A DNA stretch of 10,569 nt from Candidatus Iainarchaeum sp. (GTDB lineage Archaea; Iainarchaeota; Iainarchaeia; JAGGVJ01), in assembly GCA_021158055.1 (NCBI GenBank), contig JAGGVJ010000006.1, positions 1-10,569 of the forward strand, given 5' to 3'. The notes under the pieces are model-generated. The model made no database searches. It had not been told where the DNA came from and saw nothing but the letters and a program-made list of their open reading frames with translations. Positions 6,181 through 10,569 of this stretch are shown here, piece after piece. Position 1 is the first letter of the stretch, and the number at the start of each line of letters is the position of its first letter. A program made the translations under genes and the position numbers.

Positions 6181-7570
6181 AAGATACTCCCTTGGAATTT
6201 ATGCTGATTACTTCAAGGAACTCCGGTTTTTTCTTTATTTTACCATACTTCATTCCCACTAAATAATGTATGTTTTTTTCACTGGCAATATCCACAAGAC
6301 GCTGAGTGACTATGCCATCAAAAACCACTGCATTCACCTTTTCTTTATCGCGAAGGTTTTCAAGCAATTCGCGAACAGTCATCTCTTCAATGGATTTCAG
6401 TTTTTTGTCAAGCAATTTCGCTGTCAACGTGCCTTCAATGTCGTTCATTATCTTTTTGAACACCTCAATATCTTTCTTTAAATCACCTGTCTTCTTTTTA
6501 ACAGGCTTTGTTTCAGACAAAGGTCTTGCCGCCTTTTGACCGCCTGTTTTCCTTGCGTTCCCGGTGGCCAAAGGCTTTCTGGGATTGTGGTTTCTCGCTT
6601 CAGAAGGTGCTGCTTCTTTTCCTGAAACAGGTTTTGACCTTCCATAGTCACCCGCATAATCGCGCTTTTGCCTTGGAGCAGAACCCCTCTGATCATAAGC
6701 CTGGGAAGACAGCCTTGGCCTGGTTCCGACATATGCCCTGTCAGGCGACCTGAAATAATCCCTTGCAGGAAGCTTGCGCCTCAAGCACAAAAGAATCTCT
6801 TTCCTGGCCAATTCCTCAACTTCTTTCCCGTCAGGCGCCTTGGCCACAAAATCAATTTTTCCAACTGCCTTAAGCTCTTTGAGAATTATATCCCCTCCCC
6901 TGTCGCCGTCAACAAAAGCAGTGGTCTGCTTCTTTTTTGTCAAATCAGCGACTGATTTGGAAATGTTCGTCCCTTCAACCGCAACAACGTTTTTCAAGTC
7001 GCATTTCAATAAAGCCAAAACATCTGCCCTTCCCTCAACAACGATTATTGAATCCGAACCCACGAGCTCCGGTCCGGCAGGCAGTCTCTCCGGACCAAAA
7101 GTGACTATTTCCGCAACTTTTGACCTGTTCCTGACTTCCTCTGCCAGTTCCTGCGACTCAGGAATAACATTTATTGTAAGGCCGCTCAAAAGTTTTTTCG
7201 CGCGCTCCACAACAAACTTCCTTTTAGCAGTTCTTGTGTCCTCCATTCTCTTGATGGTTATTCTTGCCTCGCACGGCCCGACCCTGTCAACTGTTTCAAG
7301 CGCCGCTCCAAGAATGGCGGTTTCAACCCTGTCAAGGCTTGAAGGAACCTCTATTTTTGCCTCGGTCTTCCCATCACGAACCCTGATTATAACATCAATC
7401 CTTCCGATCCGGCCGCTTTTCTGCAGCTCCCTCAAATCAAGGCCCTCGCCAAGAAGACCTTCAGTCTGTCCAAAAATAGCACCGACAATGTCTGGTTTTT
7501 CAACCACGCCGTCAATAAACATCTCGGCATAAACAACGTATTTTACTGTATCAACATATACTTTTCCCAT
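6167..7570 (-). CDS. dnaG: Archaeal DnaG (TOPRIM, bacterial-primase-like, exosome-associated in characterised archaea)
   Basis: 467 aa. Motifs include GVVEKPDIVGAIFGQTEGLLG, LDLRELQKSGRIGRI, TOPRIM IVVEGRADV and FVDGDRGG, and C-terminal FDGIVTQRL. An SD-like GAGGGG lies upstream. Confidence 0.96.
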   Translation of the reverse strand: MGKVYVDTVKYVVYAEMFIDGVVEKPDIVGAIFGQTEGLLGEGLDLRELQKSGRIGRIDVIIRVRDGKTEAKIEVPSSLDRVETAILGAALETVDRVGPCEARITIKRMEDTRTAKRKFVVERAKKLLSGLTINVIPESQELAEEVRNRSKVAEIVTFGPERLPAGPELVGSDSIIVVEGRADVLALLKCDLKNVVAVEGTNISKSVADLTKKKQTTAFVDGDRGGDIILKELKAVGKIDFVAKAPDGKEVEELARKEILLCLRRKLPARDYFRSPDRAYVGTRPRLSSQAYDQRGSAPRQKRDYAGDYGRSKPVSGKEAAPSEARNHNPRKPLATGNARKTGGQKAARPLSETKPVKKKTGDLKKDIEVFKKIMNDIEGTLTAKLLDKKLKSIEEMTVRELLENLRDKEKVNAVVFDGIVTQRLVDIASEKNIHYLVGMKYGKIKKKPEFLEVISINSKGVSYAEV

Positions 7571-7590
7571 TTTAAAACCCCTCGTGTTTT

Positions 7591-7965
7591 TTATTCTGCA
7601 CGGAGTTTTTCCACGGAACCATAGAGAGTTTCAAAAGTACTTATACCTACAAGCGAACGGATCTTAGACCTTGTTTTTATATCGGCTTCGGCTCCCTGCG
7701 CATAAAGCAGTTGAGCCAGCCTTTCCTTCAGCCTTTCACCAGTCCTGTCAAAATCTGTAAGTATTATCGCTTTTGTTATGTTTGATTTTTCAATTGTGTG
7801 AACCCAGCTTTCGCCGGACTGAGATATTGTAATAATTTCACCTTTTATTCCAAGGCTCATCAAATTTTCCTTATCCCGTCTACCCTCTACGATTACCGAG
7901 GCACCCTCCGCAATCTGCCCCTGGATTTCATCCAGAAGCTCAGTCATCTTTTCAATCTTTTTCAT
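7591..7965 (-). CDS. Small stand-alone TOPRIM-domain protein (RNase M5/small primase-like family)
   Basis: 124 aa with VIVEGRRD and ILTDFDRTGE (E and DxD TOPRIM motifs). Confidence 0.9.
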   Translation of the reverse strand: MKKIEKMTELLDEIQGQIAEGASVIVEGRRDKENLMSLGIKGEIITISQSGESWVHTIEKSNITKAIILTDFDRTGERLKERLAQLLYAQGAEADIKTRSKIRSLVGISTFETLYGSVEKLRAE

Positions 7966-8245
7966 TTATATCAAGTTTAAATATTGCCTGCTCCGGGGTT
8001 AAACCGTAAACAAGCAATGTTTTTTTGTTATTCTTTTCACCTGAAACAATTTTCACGTCTTTTGAAAAAATTTCGGTGAATTTTTTTATAATCTCTTTAT
8101 TTGCTTTGTTATCCTTTGCTACTGAAGCGCATTTTACTTTCAAACGCCTGCTCCATTCGTCTACTTTGAGAACAGCAAAGTTTTTTGAACCCGCATTGAC
8201 CTGAATGTCAATCGCAGTGTTACTGCCTGTTTTTTTAAAAGGCAT
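7952..8245 (-). CDS. DUF167 (YggU/UPF0235) family protein
   Basis: 97 aa. IQVNAGSK...LKVKCASVAKDNKANKEIIKKF...VKIVSGEKNNKKTLLV matches the DUF167 pattern (KAN-x-E, I-x-SG-x4-K). SD AGGAG sits 5 nt before the ATG. Confidence 0.85.
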   Translation of the reverse strand: MPFKKTGSNTAIDIQVNAGSKNFAVLKVDEWSRRLKVKCASVAKDNKANKEIIKKFTEIFSKDVKIVSGEKNNKKTLLVYGLTPEQAIFKLDINEKD

Positions 8246-8262
8246 TTTTTCTCCTGTAGCCC

Positions 8263-8393
8263 CAGCCTAACACTCGTCTTCATTGACTGCAAAAGCAAAC
8301 TCCAAGAGCTGAGTGCCAGGGCAAGTAATGTATTGTGTTATGTTGACTCGAGTTCACAGCGTGAGAGATGCTCGACAAGACACCCTAACACAA
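8263..8393 (-). ncRNA. Candidate structured RNA (four-way junction plus long imperfect hairpin), family unrecognised
   Basis: On the minus strand a 10-bp stem CCTGGCACTC/GAGTGTTAGG encloses three abutting hairpins: AGCTC-TTG-GAGTT, TGC-TTTT-GCA and GTC-AATGAA-GAC. An upstream hairpin has TGTGTTA/TAACACA, TCGAG/CTCGA and TCAC-GCT-GTGA. G-U pairs favour the minus strand. Folded by eye only. Confidence 0.4.
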
Positions 8394-8467
8394 CAATTAA
8401 ATAGTGTTATTAAAGAATAAAAACCCTCCCCTTTTAAAGGAAACCAAAAAACAGGTGCAAGAGGCAC

Positions 8468-8504
8468 AAAAAAATAACCTGCGCGGATTCCCGCGGTTGT
8501 TTTT
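8468..8504. terminator. GC hairpin flanked by A-tract and T-tract
   Basis: AAAAAAATAAC-CTG-CGCGG-ATTC-CCGCG-GTTGTTTTT. The core stem is 8482-8495, extended by AATAAC/GTTGTT. Confidence 0.4.
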
Positions 8505-8579
8505 CAAATGCTTCTTCAAATTTTTTAAGTTATTATTTTTTTACTCTTTATCCACGTTATTATTCCCTTTAACTGGTTT

Positions 8580-8700
8580 TTATCCACTGTATTGCGTTTT
8601 TATGCTTTGCATCACGTTCTTATCCACTGTATTGCGTTTTTATGCTTTGCATCACGTTCTTATCCACTGTGTCGTGCTTTTATCCCTTGTATCCTGTTTT
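8580..8700. repeat. Tandem repeat: 40-bp exact unit x2.25, built from six degenerate 20-bp units
   Basis: TATCCACTGTATTGCGTTTTTATGCTTTGCATCACGTTCT occurs at 8581-8620 and 8621-8660, and the first 10 nt recur at 8661. The 20-bp units follow TAT-n4-TGY-RT-n3-(G/C)-TTYT through 8700. Confidence 0.95.
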
Positions 8701-9242
8701 TACTCTTTGTTTGTCCTGCAATCCTCACAAAGAAGTTCCCCGTCAATCATCATCAGCTTGTCGCTGTACTCGTCGCAGGAACTGCACACGCCGCTGACAA
8801 CCTCGTTTTCACTGTATATTCCCGGAAGGTCTGCGTTTGCTTTTTCTTCAAGCAGGTCGATTATTCCCGGGGCAACAACAATGATGTCTGTTTCCGAGAC
8901 AACCCCCACCATTTTCCCTGTGCTGTCAACCACTGCCAGCCTTTCAACCTCAAAGCGCCTCATCTCTTTCATGGCATCCACTATGTTGCAGTTGTGCGAA
9001 ATGGTCTTCACAGGCGTTGACATAACTTCATTAATAACCAACTCACTTGGACTCACTCCCTCTGCAATGCGCCTTACAACATCTGTTTTTGTAAGGACCC
9101 CGACCGGCATGCCTTCATCAAGCACAAAAACCGATCCGATATTTCTTTTTGACATTTTCCTTGCGGCTTCAAGAAGAGTCTCGTCACCACCCGACGTGAC
9201 CACTCCCCTTGTCATCCCATCCGAAACAAGTATATCAATCAT
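8700..9242 (-). CDS. CBS-pair protein with C-terminal Zn ribbon
   Basis: 180 aa from ATG 9242, with SD-like GGGGG upstream (the track start at 9296 is probably too long). Two CBS domains (VSDGMTRGVVT...PVGVLTKTDVV and VMSTPVKTI...MVGVVSETDI) are followed by CSSC...CEDC. Confidence 0.9.
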   Translation of the reverse strand: MIDILVSDGMTRGVVTSGGDETLLEAARKMSKRNIGSVFVLDEGMPVGVLTKTDVVRRIAEGVSPSELVINEVMSTPVKTISHNCNIVDAMKEMRRFEVERLAVVDSTGKMVGVVSETDIIVVAPGIIDLLEEKANADLPGIYSENEVVSGVCSSCDEYSDKLMMIDGELLCEDCRTNKE

Positions 9243-9433
9243 AAATTTCCCCCCATAAACAAACTCAAGACAGGCAACACACATACCTGATTGCATTTAA
9301 TGAAAACTGAATATTTGCATGTTGCACTCACTTATATTATGGAAGTCACGGTTTTTATTCTTTTAAGTTTCAATTAATACCAATTAAAAACAAAAAACAA
9401 AGTTACCCGAAGTAAATTATCTGAAGTGGTGCA

Positions 9434-9817
9434 ATGGGAAGATATGTCAAAGGCGCAACATCCGAACGCGAACTGATGCGAAAGCTCTGGGAAATGGGTT
9501 ACGCGTCGCTTCGGGTCGCAGGCTCGGGAAGCACACACCTTCCGGCGCCGGATGTAGTGGCTGTTTCTTCTTCAAAAGTGATTGCGTTTGAATGCAAAAA
9601 CTGGGATAGCAACAACCTTTTGATAAAACGAAAAGAAATGAACGAGCTTGAAGAATGGGCAAACCGCGCAGAAGGAAAATTTTACATTGCGTGGAAAATA
9701 CCCCGCAAAGGGTGGTTTTTCCTGAAAAAGTACCACTTCAACAACACGGGAGAGCATTATCTCATTTCAAAAGACGAGGCAATGACCATGGGTGACAGAA
9801 TGGAACTGTTTGAATAG
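9434..9817 (+). CDS. hjc: Archaeal Holliday junction resolvase
   Basis: 127 aa. KGATSERELM, RVAGSG, PDVVA and FECK give the PD-(D/E)xK fold with the Hjc N-terminal signature. Confidence 0.93.
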   Translation: MGRYVKGATSERELMRKLWEMGYASLRVAGSGSTHLPAPDVVAVSSSKVIAFECKNWDSNNLLIKRKEMNELEEWANRAEGKFYIAWKIPRKGWFFLKKYHFNNTGEHYLISKDEAMTMGDRMELFE

Positions 9818-9842
9818 ATTTCAAAATTTTACAAATAATCAA

Positions 9843-10208
9843 TTATAAAAGTTTCAAATCCCCTGTAACCTTGTCAATCTTTTCTTCATCAGCCGGACCA
9901 ATCCCGCAACAAGTATGAGTCCCTGCAGGAATCTGCGTTCTGCCGGCGTCTTTTACCATTGCTGCCGGCAGCCCGGCGTCTTTTGCTTTCTGAAAATACC
10001 TGAACAGTTCCTCTTTTCCGGAAACCTTCAAGACAACCTTTTGCATGCCCTGCGACTCCCAAGTATCCACATCTGATTTGTCTAAAGACAATGCTTTTTT
10101 ATACGCAAGAACCACTGCGTGGCCTGCCTGCGCTGCAATTTTCCCGCGACCCATGTTAAGGTCAGTCCGCATCAAAACAACCTGCTTGAAATTAGACATA
10201 CTATACAT
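9843..10208 (-). CDS. pth2: Peptidyl-tRNA hydrolase type 2
   Basis: Motifs KQVVLMRTDLNMGRGKIAAQAGHA, QKVVLK, DAGRTQI, GIGP and IDKVTGDLKLL. The start may be 10208 or 10199. Confidence 0.96.
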   Translation of the reverse strand: MYSMSNFKQVVLMRTDLNMGRGKIAAQAGHAVVLAYKKALSLDKSDVDTWESQGMQKVVLKVSGKEELFRYFQKAKDAGLPAAMVKDAGRTQIPAGTHTCCGIGPADEEKIDKVTGDLKLL

Positions 10209-10239
10209 CTTCCTTACTCACATTAAAAGGTTTATGCAT

Positions 10240-10569
10240 TCACGCAAGTTCAACATTGTACTTCCAGCTGCACTTTTCGTTTGCAGGAATGCACGCCTGA
10301 ATATTGTAAACTCCCGGCGGAACTTCAACAGATACCTGCCCGCTGCTTCCAGTGAATGGGCCGAACTCTTCTGAATCACTTACCCTCACTGCCTCTGCAG
10401 TGACGTCTCCGGAATAAGGAGCCGAGCAATCGGTTACAGTTATTTTGAACCGGGAATAATAACTCACGTCCCACGAATCCAAAGACGGAGTGCTTCCTGA
10501 AGTGAAGTTTGCTCTCAGTTTAATTGGAATACTTCCGACCGTTGCTGAAATATTCTGCCCGTTTTTCAC
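10240..10569 (-). CDS. C-terminal part of a beta-rich, probably extracellular/surface protein (5' end outside window)
   Basis: The frame is open from the window edge to TGA at 10240. It is Ser/Thr/Gly/Val-rich with alternating beta patterns. GPFTGSSGQVSVEVPPGVYNIQA resembles carboxypeptidase-regulatory-like/Ig-like modules, and a C-x6-C pair is present. Confidence 0.65.
   Translation of the reverse strand: MKNGQNISATVGSIPIKLRANFTSGSTPSLDSWDVSYYSRFKITVTDCSAPYSGDVTAEAVRVSDSEEFGPFTGSSGQVSVEVPPGVYNIQACIPANEKCSWKYNVELA

Noticed and set aside
6774-7532. 252-aa plus-strand ORF
   Set aside because: It is antisense to the conserved part of dnaG in the mirror frame, with the Ser/Thr-rich composition typical of shadow ORFs.
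8253-8395. SRP RNA, RNase P RNA, H/ACA or C/D guide, or IscB/TnpB omega-RNA identity for the structured element
   Set aside because: CCTGTAGCCCCAGC resembles the SRP Alu motif and ATGAAGA resembles a C box. However, there is no SRP helix-8 motif, RNase P GAGGAAAGTC core, K-turn or D box, and no adjacent transposon nuclease.
8424-8444. Archaeal ORB element (G-string AAAAGGGGAGGG on the minus strand)
   Set aside because: It lacks the TCCA-x-TGGAA dyad of ORBs, occurs as a single copy, and has no orc1/cdc6 in the window.
8580-8700. CRISPR array
   Set aside because: The units are head-to-tail with no unique spacers, and there are no cas genes in the window.
8404-9258. 284-aa plus-strand ORF (and 8592..9020)
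   Set aside because: It is the antisense shadow of the CBS gene extended through a stop-poor tandem repeat, with no recognisable motifs.
1-10569. Alternative genetic code, selenoproteins or programmed frameshifts
   Set aside because: Conserved genes are uninterrupted under the standard archaeal code, and TGA ends ppaC at the expected position.

Overview
Archaeal, mostly housekeeping DNA. The archaeal call rests on Hjc, Pth2, archaeal DnaG, deoxyhypusine synthase and a BHB-type tRNA intron. The gene set and compact layout suggest a DPANN lineage, which is inference only. In order, the window holds: a partial HsdS-like restriction specificity gene missed by the ORF track; a translationally coupled V4R-domain/deoxyhypusine synthase pair; tRNA-Phe(GAA) with a 28-nt non-canonical D-loop intron (position 18/19) in a perfect bulge-helix-bulge and an unusual A54/G60 T-loop; ppaC; tRNA-Val(TAC); two small membrane proteins; a tightly packed minus-strand run of DUF167, small TOPRIM, DnaG and a LonB-like AAA+ ATPase that has a Zn ribbon and no protease domain; a 450-bp intergenic region with a candidate structured, possibly bistable RNA, a GC hairpin and a 20/40-bp tandem array; a CBS/Zn-ribbon protein; hjc; pth2; and the 3' end of a beta-rich protein. 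The best novelty candidates are the intergenic structured element with its downstream operon and the odd tRNA-Phe.
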